Source: Candidatus Peribacteraceae bacterium
GTDB lineage: Bacteria; Patescibacteriota; Gracilibacteria; Peribacterales; Peribacteraceae
DNA: 64,000 nucleotides
Direction of reading: 5' to 3'
Assembly: GCA_030750465.1 (NCBI GenBank)
Contig: JASMHZ010000002.1
Span: 1,948 to 65,947 of the forward strand
The position numbers and the translations under genes are program-made. Of this stretch, positions 43,806 to 53,306 are shown one piece after another; positions within the stretch are counted from its first letter, which is position 1, and every line of letters begins with the position of its first letter. The notes under the pieces were generated by a model. The model saw nothing but the letters and a program-made list of their open reading frames with translations. It was not told the DNA's origin and ran no database searches.

Positions 43806-44690
43806 TTACCCCGCCCTTTCCCCCCACTTCAATTTCTTCCTAAGCGTCGCAAAGAATGTGTCCTGTTTTCGCCTGAGGAATTTTACCGTATTTGGATGGA
43901 CATGCGCCTCGACCTTGTCTCCGCCTTCCAGTTCGACATAAACTTGTCCGTCAATTGTTAAAACAACATCCGCGTCCTGGTATTTATTTGGTTTAGTATC
44001 TACAACAACTTCTACTTTAGATTCACCAGGGATAACTATGGGTTTTTGGCTAAAGCTATATGGATTAAGAGGCGTTAAGATGGTTGCGTTGATAGTTGGA
44101 TATACAAGAGGTCCTCCTGCTGCAAGAGAATAGGCTGTGGATCCTGTCGGCGTTGAAATAATCAGACCATCGGCATGATAGCTTGCCAATTCTTCTCCGT
44201 TTACAGTTGTTTTTAAATTAACAAGCCTGGCGATGGTGCCTTGATTGATAACAGCTTCATTTAAAGCATGCCCTTCCAAAAGCACTTTGCCGTTCCTTCT
44301 TGCTTTCACGTGCAGAAGTCCGCGCTCTTCTATGACTCCACTGCCATTTAAAAGCTTTGGAATTAATTCTTCAGCTTCATCTACGTTAATCTCAGCCAAA
44401 AAACCTACAGTTCCCCAATTAACACTTAAGATTGGTATATCAAAGTCTTTCAGTTCTCTCACTGATCTAAGTATGGTTCCGTCTCCGCCTATGACTATTA
44501 GAAGATCGATATCTTCGATAGCCTTCATCTTCATTAAATCCTTAGAGCATTTAAGATGGCTTAATCTTTCGGAGTCCACGCAAATATCAACATCAAGTTT
44601 CTTTAAAATATCGATAACTCCTGCAACGGCTTCTTCTTTCTGGTCGAGTCGCGATTTAGCTGTAATGCCTATATGCTTATATTTAATCAT
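43806..44690 (-). CDS. nadK: NAD kinase
   Basis: GGDGT motif (VIGGDGTILRS), NEAVI, and DGLIISTPTGSTAYSLAAGGP. Confidence 0.93.
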   Translation of the reverse strand: MIKYKHIGITAKSRLDQKEEAVAGVIDILKKLDVDICVDSERLSHLKCSKDLMKMKAIEDIDLLIVIGGDGTILRSVRELKDFDIPILSVNWGTVGFLAEINVDEAEELIPKLLNGSGVIEERGLLHVKARRNGKVLLEGHALNEAVINQGTIARLVNLKTTVNGEELASYHADGLIISTPTGSTAYSLAAGGPLVYPTINATILTPLNPYSFSQKPIVIPGESKVEVVVDTKPNKYQDADVVLTIDGQVYVELEGGDKVEAHVHPNTVKFLRRKQDTFFATLRKKLKWGERAG

Positions 44691-44699
44691 CTATTTCGA

Positions 44700-45746
44700 T
44701 TATATAGCATCTAAAAACAAATCTACCGTTCTTTTCCATGAAAATTTCTCGGATTGCACGGGGCCTTCTTCATGCAATCTGGATCTGAGGGATTCATCCG
44801 ATAAAATCTTCTCCAAGCCATTTTTTATTGATTCTACATCAAGAGGATTTACAACAACCGCACAATTACCAGCAACTTCGGTGAGGCTTCCCATATCTGA
44901 ACAAAGCACCGGTACACCCATTTTTTCTGCATCGAGTATTTGAAGTCCAAAACCTTCGTAAAGAGAGGGGAGTGCCAGTACAGTACAAGTTCTTAAAAGT
45001 TCATGATATTTATCTTCCTTTACATATCCGATCCAATTAACGTCGTTTGTAAGTTGGGCTTCTTTAATTATTTTTTTGTCATTCCAGCCTCTCCCTCCGG
45101 CAAGTACTAATTTGTATTTTGACTTAAGTGCGTCAGGTAATTTCTGGTATGCCTTTATTAGTCTAAGTTGATTTTTGCGTGGTGATAAAGTTCCAACGCA
45201 AAGAATAATTCTTTCATCAGCAGAGTTTCCAGACGTTTTTACGTTAGACGGGCCTGCGAATATTGCTGTAGTTTTATTGGAAGCAAATGGATACTTTTTA
45301 ACTAAATCATTGCGGGTATTATCGCTATTTGTCATGACTCTGTGTGCAGACTTAATCGCCTTATTAAGCAATAGTCTTTCAATCATTTTTGCTTTTATAT
45401 CATGCTTGCCTTTTTGAAATGCAATAAGATCGTGAATAATGGGGATAGTTTTAATACTTTTATTGACTAGGCTTGGGACTATAAAACTTGTTGGGCTGAT
45501 ATAAATTGAATCGAACAGGTTCTTCTTTAAATAGCCAGATACTCTTAAATGCCACGAGAATCCGCCCGGGTAAATAATCACTTCACTTGATGAGCCTTCC
45601 CATTCTTTTGGCAGATTCTGATCTGTGAGGAGTACTATTTTATGTTCTCTATTTAGGAACTCATTTACAAATCCATAGGTCCATTGCCCTTTTCCAGTTC
45701 TTTTCTTTCTGCAGGCCTCTCTGACATCTATCGAAAATACCGCCAT
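44700..45746 (-). CDS. glycosyltransferase family 1
   Basis: YHELLRTCTVLALPSLYEGFGLQILDAEKMGVPVLCSD. ATG at 45746; TTG at 45776 in the ORF track. Confidence 0.85.
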   Translation of the reverse strand: MAVFSIDVREACRKKRTGKGQWTYGFVNEFLNREHKIVLLTDQNLPKEWEGSSSEVIIYPGGFSWHLRVSGYLKKNLFDSIYISPTSFIVPSLVNKSIKTIPIIHDLIAFQKGKHDIKAKMIERLLLNKAIKSAHRVMTNSDNTRNDLVKKYPFASNKTTAIFAGPSNVKTSGNSADERIILCVGTLSPRKNQLRLIKAYQKLPDALKSKYKLVLAGGRGWNDKKIIKEAQLTNDVNWIGYVKEDKYHELLRTCTVLALPSLYEGFGLQILDAEKMGVPVLCSDMGSLTEVAGNCAVVVNPLDVESIKNGLEKILSDESLRSRLHEEGPVQSEKFSWKRTVDLFLDAI

Positions 45747-45784
45747 GGACAAATTATAGCTTAGTCTTGTAAACAATCTTAATT

Positions 45785-46381
45785 ATGTGCTACATTCCCA
45801 TTATGGTACCCAGAATGTTGCGCCGTTTCGGTTCATTGGACCTTGAGGAAAAGATAATAAACTCAGCTGCATTTATTGCCGTTATAGCCGTGTTTTGCCC
45901 TTGGGCTAGCGGTTATCTTTTGGGAAGTGATCCAGTTTCCTACTCCGGGCTTGGGTTTTATACATCGTTTATTGGCGCATCTGTACTACTCATAAATGTG
46001 TATATTCTTTCCCTTACAGTAGTTCCTCTTACAGGAGGCCCAATAATACTTAAAAAGCGAAAGAAAGATAATGTAAGGCTTGCATGCAGTGCTGTATCAA
46101 CCATTTTGATACTTTCGGCTTTGTCGGTTCTAATGAGGATTACATTCCAGTTTTCGAGAATGGAAATTCGATTTGGGATTAATACAGCTCTAATAGCCAG
46201 TATGGTTGTTACGTTTTATGCATTTTTGAGAGTTCAAGAACAAAAGAAATCAGAAGTTGAAGAGATTTTCCAAAATCCAACAAGAAACGATTTATCCGAG
46301 AGGGTAGATCAAATAAAGGAGAAAGTTTTAGCTCCAGCTCCGCCGGAACCGGAAGAGCACAGACTCTCCAGGAATATATGA
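45785..46381 (+). CDS. hypothetical 4-TM membrane protein
   Basis: Hydrophobic segments. Its stop overlaps the next start (ATGA). Confidence 0.5.
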   Translation: MCYIPIMVPRMLRRFGSLDLEEKIINSAAFIAVIAVFCPWASGYLLGSDPVSYSGLGFYTSFIGASVLLINVYILSLTVVPLTGGPIILKKRKKDNVRLACSAVSTILILSALSVLMRITFQFSRMEIRFGINTALIASMVVTFYAFLRVQEQKKSEVEEIFQNPTRNDLSERVDQIKEKVLAPAPPEPEEHRLSRNI

Positions 46382-46677
46382 CGCAGTATAACGACGATGA
46401 TTTGGTTTATGTTGATCCTCAGAAACGAGAGGTTATTAGCTTGGTAAAGTGGGATAAGGATGGAAATGCTGTAAAGCTAGAAAAAGAAGAAGTTGAAGAA
46501 AAGCAGGAGGACGGAAATAAAAAAAGGGGAAAGAAATATAAAAGTTATTATCCGTGGGGCACATATAAAACCATGAAGAAGATTCATAAGATTGAAGGGA
46601 AAGCAAAAGAAGATTCAGCGAATCAACCATTTGATGAGGCGTTCACAAAAGCTACAAAAGAGGCGTTTTGGGATTAA
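46378..46677 (+). CDS. hypothetical K/E-rich protein
   Basis: 99-aa ORF with a start translationally coupled to the upstream gene. Confidence 0.45.
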   Translation: MTQYNDDDLVYVDPQKREVISLVKWDKDGNAVKLEKEEVEEKQEDGNKKRGKKYKSYYPWGTYKTMKKIHKIEGKAKEDSANQPFDEAFTKATKEAFWD

Positions 46678-46810
46678 TATAAAAGAACGAAAGAAAGAAA
46701 TGCTTCAAGAGAAAAAGGAAGATTAAAATGAAAAATGTTTTATCTTCTGATTTTTTTATCTTTGGGCTTCCTTTCGTTCTTTCATTCTTTCGCTCTTTCG
46801 TTCTTTATTT
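46678..46810. repeat. purine-arm/pyrimidine-arm hairpin element R2
   Basis: Same architecture as R1. Its reverse complement aligns with R3 over ~120 nt, with the first 33 nt exact. Confidence 0.8.
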
Positions 46811-46838
46811 ACTATCATTCAACAATTCAGCCATTCAT

Positions 46839-47801
46839 TCATTTATTCAATAGTGAACACACTCTCTCGACCTCATTCCTAGACCCAATTATTATTGGTG
46901 TTCTTTGATGAAGGTCAGTTATTTCTATATCTAATATTGCTTTAGTGCCGTCAGATGAAGCGCCTCCGGCCTGTTCCATCAAATATGAAAGCGGACCACA
47001 CTCAAATACCAACCTAAGCTTTCCTTCAGGATATTTACTCCCTGTAGGATATGTAAACACACCTTGGCCTTTGGAAAAAATATGACTTACATCTGCAGTC
47101 ATACAGCCTGAGTATCTAATTGTCATTTTTCTTTCGAACCAGTCTTCCAGTACTTTTCTATAGGGCTTATATTCCAATATATCTCTTACATTTCCAGGAC
47201 TATAATTCTTTGCGTCATCTGCAATTCCAATATTTTCCCTGTATAAGATAAATTCTCCTACATCGTTAAGTAGAAACTCGTGAACGCCACTTCCAGATGA
47301 ATAAACCAATGTTGTTCGTGGGCCGTATAAAATATAGATAGCTGATACCAAATCTCTTGATGTTTTCCCAATTACATCTTTGCCTTCGAATATACCAATG
47401 ATTGAACCGAGTGCAAAATTTGCATCAACTAATGATGATCCATCAAGGGGATCAAATACAACGCTGTAGGGAGCATCATCTGTAATTGCTACAATTTCCT
47501 TCTGCTCTTCTGATGAATAACAGCATACCAAATCACTTTCACATAAATGTTGCTCAAAGATAGTATTGCTTAATACATCTAGCTTGAGTTGTTCTTCTCC
47601 GGATTCGTTTGTTCCACCAGACAGGCCAGCTTCCGATGTTTGAATAGCATAACTGATGTATTTTGCCGCCCTTGATAAGTCTAAAATTAAATGCCTAAGA
47701 TTATGAGGAATAGAAGCCTTATTAAATAGATGGTAGTTGAGAGAGACGCGCTCGGGGACTTTGCAGTTTGAATCCATAAATTTATTGAGCTGTAAGAACA
47801 T
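46839..47801 (-). CDS. fbp: fructose-1,6-bisphosphatase class 1
   Basis: GEEQLKLDVLSN, DPLDGSS, and GGASSDG near the C-terminus. Confidence 0.9.
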   Translation of the reverse strand: MFLQLNKFMDSNCKVPERVSLNYHLFNKASIPHNLRHLILDLSRAAKYISYAIQTSEAGLSGGTNESGEEQLKLDVLSNTIFEQHLCESDLVCCYSSEEQKEIVAITDDAPYSVVFDPLDGSSLVDANFALGSIIGIFEGKDVIGKTSRDLVSAIYILYGPRTTLVYSSGSGVHEFLLNDVGEFILYRENIGIADDAKNYSPGNVRDILEYKPYRKVLEDWFERKMTIRYSGCMTADVSHIFSKGQGVFTYPTGSKYPEGKLRLVFECGPLSYLMEQAGGASSDGTKAILDIEITDLHQRTPIIIGSRNEVERVCSLLNK

Positions 47802-47817
47802 GATGATAATACCAGAT

Positions 47818-47936
47818 AATAAAGAACGAAAGAGCGAAAGAATGAAAGAATGAAAGGAAATCTAAAAGATCAAAAGATTAAAGCATTTTTCCTTTCAATC
47901 TTCCTTTTTCTCTTGATACATTTCTTTCTTTCGTTC
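47818..47936. repeat. purine-arm/pyrimidine-arm hairpin element R3
   Basis: An inverted copy of R2 on the other side of fbp. Confidence 0.8.
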
Positions 47937-48956
47937 TTATACCATCATTTCATTTATTTCAACCACCATTTCCGTAACTCTCATCGCGTATCCCCATTCG
48001 TTGTCATACCAGCTGAGGATTTGAGCAGCTTTCCCGTCAACAACTTTGGTTGAAAGGGCATCTACAATTGATGAATGGGGGTTTGTCTGGAAATCTATTG
48101 ATACACATTCATCGTCAGAATAATCCAATACCTCAACCATAGGACCGCTCTGGGAAGCGCTTTTTAGAAGTGAGTTAATTTCTTCGGTTGAAGTATTATT
48201 TTTAAGGAAAAATGCCATGTATGCGCAACTGACTGTTGGCACTGGTACTCGAAATGCCATACCATCGATCTTCCCTTTCAGATGCGGAAATATATCTGCA
48301 CATGCTTTCACTGCTCCGGTTTTTGTAGGAATTATTGAAAGTGTGGCAGCTCTGGTTCTCCTTAGATCGCCTTCCTTATTATTATTGTCCAGAAGATTTT
48401 GCGAAGCTGTAAATGCGTGAACGGAATTCACGAGCAGATTTTCTATTTCAAATGTTTCATCAATAACTTTGATCACTGGAGCTATGCAGTTAGTAGTGCA
48501 AGATGCATTAGATACAATTTCCATGTCGGGTTTAATTTCTTTGTGATTAACTCCTTTAACAAATGTCGGAGTATCATCTTTCATCGGAGCTGTGACAATT
48601 ACTCTCTTTGCACCGGCAAGAAGATGACCGTTTGCAAGTTCCCTCGTTCTAAATTTGCCTGTAGCTTCAACAACAATATCGACATCCAATTCTTTCCACG
48701 GGCATTTAGATGGATCTTTTTCTTTAACAACTCGCACAGTTTTTCCATTAACAATTATATTATTCTCATCTTTGACGGATATTTCTCCTTTAAATTTTCT
48801 ATGTAGAGAATCATATTTAAGAAGATAAGCTCTCATTTCGGAAGATGTAGATGCATTTATTCCTACAACCTGCACACTATCTCCAAACCTATCTTCGAAT
48901 TGTCTGTGTACATTTCTTCCTATACGGCCGTAGCCGTTAATTGCAACATTAATCAT
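47937..48956 (-). CDS. gap: glyceraldehyde-3-phosphate dehydrogenase, type I (paralog 2)
   Basis: INGYGRIGRN, the catalytic SNASCTTNCIAP, and WYDNEWGYA. Confidence 0.93.
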   Translation of the reverse strand: MINVAINGYGRIGRNVHRQFEDRFGDSVQVVGINASTSSEMRAYLLKYDSLHRKFKGEISVKDENNIIVNGKTVRVVKEKDPSKCPWKELDVDIVVEATGKFRTRELANGHLLAGAKRVIVTAPMKDDTPTFVKGVNHKEIKPDMEIVSNASCTTNCIAPVIKVIDETFEIENLLVNSVHAFTASQNLLDNNNKEGDLRRTRAATLSIIPTKTGAVKACADIFPHLKGKIDGMAFRVPVPTVSCAYMAFFLKNNTSTEEINSLLKSASQSGPMVEVLDYSDDECVSIDFQTNPHSSIVDALSTKVVDGKAAQILSWYDNEWGYAMRVTEMVVEINEMMV

Positions 48957-49007
48957 GTCCTAATAATATGACTTATTGAGTGTAGTGCAAGTAAGGGAAG
49001 TTAACAT

Positions 49008-49152
49008 TATAAAAGAAGGGAAGAAGGGAAGAATAAAAGAGAAAAAGAAAGATAAAAGATTTAAGGAAAAAGATTATTAAAGAAAAAAGCTTTCATTCTT
49101 TCCTTCTTTCGTTCTTTTATTCTTTCTTCAGTTCTTTCCTTCTTTCGTTCTT
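49008..49152. repeat. purine-arm/pyrimidine-arm hairpin element R4
   Basis: Contains the 82-nt exact inverted match to R1. Confidence 0.8.
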
Positions 49153-50214
49153 TTAACCAAATAGCCCTATGACCAATCCTAAAAATGCTACAAATCCTCC
49201 AATTATCCAAAATCGCATTGTAACTTTACTCTCCCCCCATTCCAAAGCTTCAAAATGATGGTGGATTGGAGCTGCTTTAAACACTTTCTTTCCTCCTCTG
49301 AATTTTTTACTTGTTAGTTGAATAATCACAGAAAGCATTTCTATAACAAATATAAATCCGATAAAAGGCAGTACCAATACGTTATCAGTCATCATAGCGA
49401 TCACCCCCAGAGTTCCCCCAAGAGCCAGAGAACCGGTATCACCCATGAAGAAAAGTGCAGGAGGCACATTGTGCCAAAGGAAGGCAGCTACTGCTCCGCT
49501 ACATGCTGCACAGAAAGCGGCAAGTACGGCGAGTCCGCTTAGATAAGCCAAAAGACTGAAGGCACCAAATGCTATGACAAGAAGTCCGCCAGCCAAACCA
49601 TCAAGTCCGTCGGTTACATTGACCGCATTTGCTGTGCCAATAATGATGAATATAAATATTGGTATGTACCAAATTCCGACCGTCATATCTCCAACGTATG
49701 GGATGTGAATCTGGTTGTAGTCCAGCTTGAAGTAAAACCAAAAGGCTCCAACAATACTAATTGTAAGAAGAGTGATAATTTTTGGAAGCCAATCAAGACC
49801 ACGCTTTTTCCCAGATCCAATTATGTTTAAATAATCATCAACTCCACCAAGGGCTGCAAATGCAATTAGTGTGAATAATGGAAGGTAAACTTGGCCCCTT
49901 TGCAGAAGAGAATGATCAACAAGTCCGAAATAAGAAAGTATTCTGGAAAATATAATTGTAAGAAGAATTGATCCCCATATAAGAATACCTCCCATTGTAG
50001 GAGTTCCTTTCTTATGCTGATGAAACTTTCTAAAGACTGATGCTTCTCTTCCGTCGACAGTTTCTATTCTTAATTGTTTTCCAAGCTTGTTTCTTCTTAA
50101 GAAAGAAATAAACGGAGGAGTGAGTACAAGACCAGCAATAAATGCAAAGAATGCATAACCTAATATTGCTGACAGAGGAATCTCAGGGCGTATTGGAATG
50201 AATGGGTCGATCAT
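49153..50214 (-). CDS. mraY: phospho-N-acetylmuramoyl-pentapeptide transferase MraY
   Basis: KKGTPTMGGILI and NAVNVTDGLDGLAGG, with 10 TM helices. Confidence 0.95.
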   Translation of the reverse strand: MIDPFIPIRPEIPLSAILGYAFFAFIAGLVLTPPFISFLRRNKLGKQLRIETVDGREASVFRKFHQHKKGTPTMGGILIWGSILLTIIFSRILSYFGLVDHSLLQRGQVYLPLFTLIAFAALGGVDDYLNIIGSGKKRGLDWLPKIITLLTISIVGAFWFYFKLDYNQIHIPYVGDMTVGIWYIPIFIFIIIGTANAVNVTDGLDGLAGGLLVIAFGAFSLLAYLSGLAVLAAFCAACSGAVAAFLWHNVPPALFFMGDTGSLALGGTLGVIAMMTDNVLVLPFIGFIFVIEMLSVIIQLTSKKFRGGKKVFKAAPIHHHFEALEWGESKVTMRFWIIGGFVAFLGLVIGLFG

Positions 50215-50217
50215 GGC

Positions 50218-50388
50218 TGAAGAATAGTAAAAAGAAGGAAAGAAGGGAAGAGTAAAAAGAAAGAATAAAAGATAGAAAGAAGGGAAGGAAGATTAAAAAG
50301 AAAAAAATGCTTTAATTCTTTCTCTCTTTCCTTCTTCCTTTCTTTCTTCAGTTCTTTCTCTCTTTTTAAGTATTTCTTTCCGCCGTTC
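50218..50388. repeat. purine-arm/pyrimidine-arm hairpin element R5
   Basis: The same architecture, with centre GAAGATTAAAAAGAAAAAAATGCTTTAATTC. Confidence 0.75.
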
Positions 50389-50389
50389 T

Positions 50390-51751
50390 TTACGAATGTG
50401 CTTTATCGATATCAAAGAATTTCATTTGTTCTTTTTTAAACATTAGCTCAACGCGTCCTATCGGTCCATTTCGATGTTTTCTGATGTATATGTCTGCCAA
50501 ACCGGGCCTGTCCGAATCTTCTTCATAATAGTCTTCCCTGTACATCATCAGGACAACATCTGCATCCTGCTCGATAGATCCTGAATCTCGTAAATCCGAC
50601 AACAAAGGAATGTTGCCCGGTCTGCTTTCTACTGCTCTGGAAAGCTGAGAGAGAGCTAAGCAGGGGATATGCAGTTCTCTTGCAAGTTGCTTAAGAGAAC
50701 GGGAGATTTCTGATATCTCCTGTACTCGGTTACCGGCGTAATTGGCATTTCCAGTACTCATAAGCTGTAGATAGTCGACTATAAGCAAATCCAGGCCGTG
50801 TTCCATTTGAAGTCTGCGGGCTTTCGCACGCAGTTCTGGCATAGATGATATTACGGAGTCATCTATATATATGTTTGCTTTGTTTAGCTCATCCATAATC
50901 GGTCCCATATTCTGGAAGTCACTATCTTCAAGCTTCCCCCTCTGTAGTTTCCATGAATCTACACCCAGCATTGATGCAAATAGTCTGTCTACTAGTTGTT
51001 CCTTGCTCATTTCAAGCGAGAATATTCCGATGTGCTTGCCATGCCTAATAGCTGCATTTTGTGCAATATTAAGTGCAAGGCTTGTTTTGCCCATGCTAGG
51101 CCTTGCTGCAATAATTATCAGGTCGCTTGGATGAAGACCTGAGAGTTTTTGATCAAGAGTTTGAAATCCAGTTGAGACTCCTTTTACCATTTCTTCGTCA
51201 TCTGTTTCGTGGAGTTCTGCAAAGCGTTCATATCTCTGTTCCAGAACATCTCTAATATGCATGAATTTCTCTTTTAAAAACGTATTAGTTATTTGGAATA
51301 TAGTTTTTTCAACTTCTTCCAATATTTCCGGGATTGGCCTTCCTTCTTCGTATCCAACTCCTGTTATTTTTTGCCCTGCTTCAATAATTCTCCTGTGAAC
51401 TGCCTTTGTTTTTACAATTTGGCCGTATTGATAGATGTGTGATGAGGTTGGAACTTCATCAGCAAGCTGTGCCAAAAAAGCACTGCCTCCGATATCTTTA
51501 ATTTTCTTGTTATCTTTTAATTTCGTGGAAACAGTAACAAAATCAATTGGCTCATGCTCCTGATATAAGGCGAATACAGCAAGATATATGTCTTTGAGTA
51601 CCGGATCATAGAAATCTTCCGGCCTTAAAAAATCTGAAACCTTTATGATTGCATCAGGATCCATTAAAAGAGCTCCTATGACTGTCCTCTCCACTTCTAA
51701 TGAGTGAGGTTGTGTTAACGATGCGGCAGTGGATTGGTTGCTGGCAGGCAT
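50390..51751 (-). CDS. dnaB: replicative DNA helicase DnaB
   Basis: PHSLEVERTVIGALLMD N-terminal domain, Walker A AARPSMGKTSLALNIA, and LIVDYLQLM. Confidence 0.95.
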   Translation of the reverse strand: MPASNQSTAASLTQPHSLEVERTVIGALLMDPDAIIKVSDFLRPEDFYDPVLKDIYLAVFALYQEHEPIDFVTVSTKLKDNKKIKDIGGSAFLAQLADEVPTSSHIYQYGQIVKTKAVHRRIIEAGQKITGVGYEEGRPIPEILEEVEKTIFQITNTFLKEKFMHIRDVLEQRYERFAELHETDDEEMVKGVSTGFQTLDQKLSGLHPSDLIIIAARPSMGKTSLALNIAQNAAIRHGKHIGIFSLEMSKEQLVDRLFASMLGVDSWKLQRGKLEDSDFQNMGPIMDELNKANIYIDDSVISSMPELRAKARRLQMEHGLDLLIVDYLQLMSTGNANYAGNRVQEISEISRSLKQLARELHIPCLALSQLSRAVESRPGNIPLLSDLRDSGSIEQDADVVLMMYREDYYEEDSDRPGLADIYIRKHRNGPIGRVELMFKKEQMKFFDIDKAHS

Positions 51752-51850
51752 GCGGGCTTAGAATTCTATTACTATTAGAGAATCTGGCAAATAATTGATG
51801 TTGCAACAGATTGCGATTACTGTCGGCTGTGAGGATTAGATGTGGAAAAG

Positions 51851-52003
51851 ATCTGAATCTTGATTTAGCTCTCACACGGAGAGCAGGTCTTCGACCTGCG
51901 ATGTTGTTGATAGAAATCGCACGTCGAAGACGTGCTCTCAATCATGTTAATCTTTTAATAATGCCTGTCCTGAGCTAGTCGAAGGGTGAATCTTGTTTCA
52001 GAC
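51851..52003. mobile_element. MITE-like element, copy 3 (~153 bp, diverged)
   Basis: Ends ATCTGAATCTTGAT and ATCTTGTTTCAGAC, with hairpins GCAGGTCTTCGACCTGC and GCACGTCGAAGACGTGC. The last 6 nt are the Val codon and TGA of recA. Confidence 0.65.
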
Positions 52004-53098
52004 TGCAATTGTCATAATCTTCTTTTCAAGCTCCTGAGCAAGCTTCTTATCATCAATCAGTGTCTGTCTAGCCTGTTCCCGCCCTTGCCCCAGAGTATTT
52101 TCGCCGGTCTTAAAGTATGCTCCTGACCTCTCAATTAATCCATATTTAACTCCCAAATCTATGATATCTCCTTCCTTGCTTATTCCTTGTGCGTAAAGAA
52201 TATCAAATTCTGCCTGTTTGAATGGGGGGGCAATCTTGTTTTTAACGATCTTTGCGCGTGTTCTGTTTCCAACTACTTCCTGCCTGTCGGCCGTAGCCTT
52301 GGCGGAGGCTGGCATTTTACTCGTTTTATCGTCAGAATTTGCCGTGGATGGTGCTTTCTCCAATATTTTATCAATTCTTCTTACGTCGATTCGCACAGAC
52401 GAATAGAACTTAAGGGCATTGCCTCCTGTTGTAGTCTCGGGATTTCCAAACATTACTCCTATCTTCATTCTTAGCTGATTTATGAATATAACAGTACAGC
52501 TTGTTTTGCTGACTATAGATGTAAGTTTTCTGAGTGCCTGACTCATTAGTCTCGCCTGAAGCCCCATATGGCTGTCTCCCATCATTCCTTCGATTTCTGC
52601 TCTTGGAGTAAGGGCTGCAACAGAGTCGATAACTATAATGTCTATTCCTCCCGACCTGACAAGAGTCTCTGTAATTTCCAAGGCCTGTTCTCCATCATCT
52701 GGTTGAGATACCAAAAGGCTATCTACATCAACTCCTATCTTTCGGGCATATTGAGCATCAAGTGCATGCTCAGCATCGATGAATGCTGCTTTGCCTCCGG
52801 CTCTTTGTCTTTCCGCTATTGCATGCAAGGCGAGAGTTGTTTTACCGGATGACTCCGGTCCGTATATTTCGACAATGCGTCCTCCGGGAAGCCCTCCTCC
52901 CAATGCAATATCCAGCGATAGGGATCCTGATGGATACCTTTGAATATCAATTATATTATCTTTGTTCATTTCCATGATTGCACCGACTCCGTATTGCTTT
53001 TCTATACTAGCGAGAGCAGCAGTTACAGAGTCTAGCTTTGCATCATGTGGAATTGAGTTTATTTTTTGTTGTGGAGTTTTTCTTGTTGTCTTTGGCAT
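51998..53098 (-). CDS. recA: recombinase RecA (with a ~24-aa insertion)
   Basis: [22 protein letters not shown] and [10 protein letters not shown] take the start at MPKTTRK (53098). The ORF-track extension to 53191 is unlikely. Confidence 0.93.
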   Translation of the reverse strand: MPKTTRKTPQQKINSIPHDAKLDSVTAALASIEKQYGVGAIMEMNKDNIIDIQRYPSGSLSLDIALGGGLPGGRIVEIYGPESSGKTTLALHAIAERQRAGGKAAFIDAEHALDAQYARKIGVDVDSLLVSQPDDGEQALEITETLVRSGGIDIIVIDSVAALTPRAEIEGMMGDSHMGLQARLMSQALRKLTSIVSKTSCTVIFINQLRMKIGVMFGNPETTTGGNALKFYSSVRIDVRRIDKILEKAPSTANSDDKTSKMPASAKATADRQEVVGNRTRAKIVKNKIAPPFKQAEFDILYAQGISKEGDIIDLGVKYGLIERSGAYFKTGENTLGQGREQARQTLIDDKKLAQELEKKIMTIAV

Positions 53099-53242
53099 TG
53101 GATAGGGGAGTAAATGCTTGCACTGAGCAAGTCGAAGTGTAAAGAATAATATATAGGTGATTGAACGTACACCATAGTAAATGGTCTGCAATCTTTATCA
53201 AGAAGTAGGGGTTGATGGTTTGTTTGTCTGTTGTATAATGGT

Positions 53243-53306
53243 AAAGAAAGAAAGAGAGAAAGAAGGAAAGAAAAAAAGAACTAAAGAAGGGAAGATGAGA
53301 AGATTA
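53243..53306. repeat. R6a: purine arm of a split hairpin element
   Basis: An A/G-only arm ending GAAGATTAA, the same centre-proximal word as in R1, R2 and R5. It abuts the stop codon of the four-helix-bundle gene. Confidence 0.7.

Noticed and set aside
44245-44943. 232-aa plus-strand ORF spanning the nadK and GT1 region.
   Set aside because: - It is antisense to two well-supported minus-strand genes and crosses their intergenic gap.
- Its composition is S/T/I-rich and low in information.
- It is a typical shadow ORF.
51654-51941. 95-aa minus-strand ORF upstream of dnaB, and the N-terminal extensions of recA (to 53191), the four-helix-bundle gene (to 53771), the DciA-like gene (to 40462) and the KH gene (from 38724).
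   Set aside because: In each case the extra codons are translations of MITE, palindrome or purine-arm repeat sequence. Conserved protein cores begin at internal Met codons.
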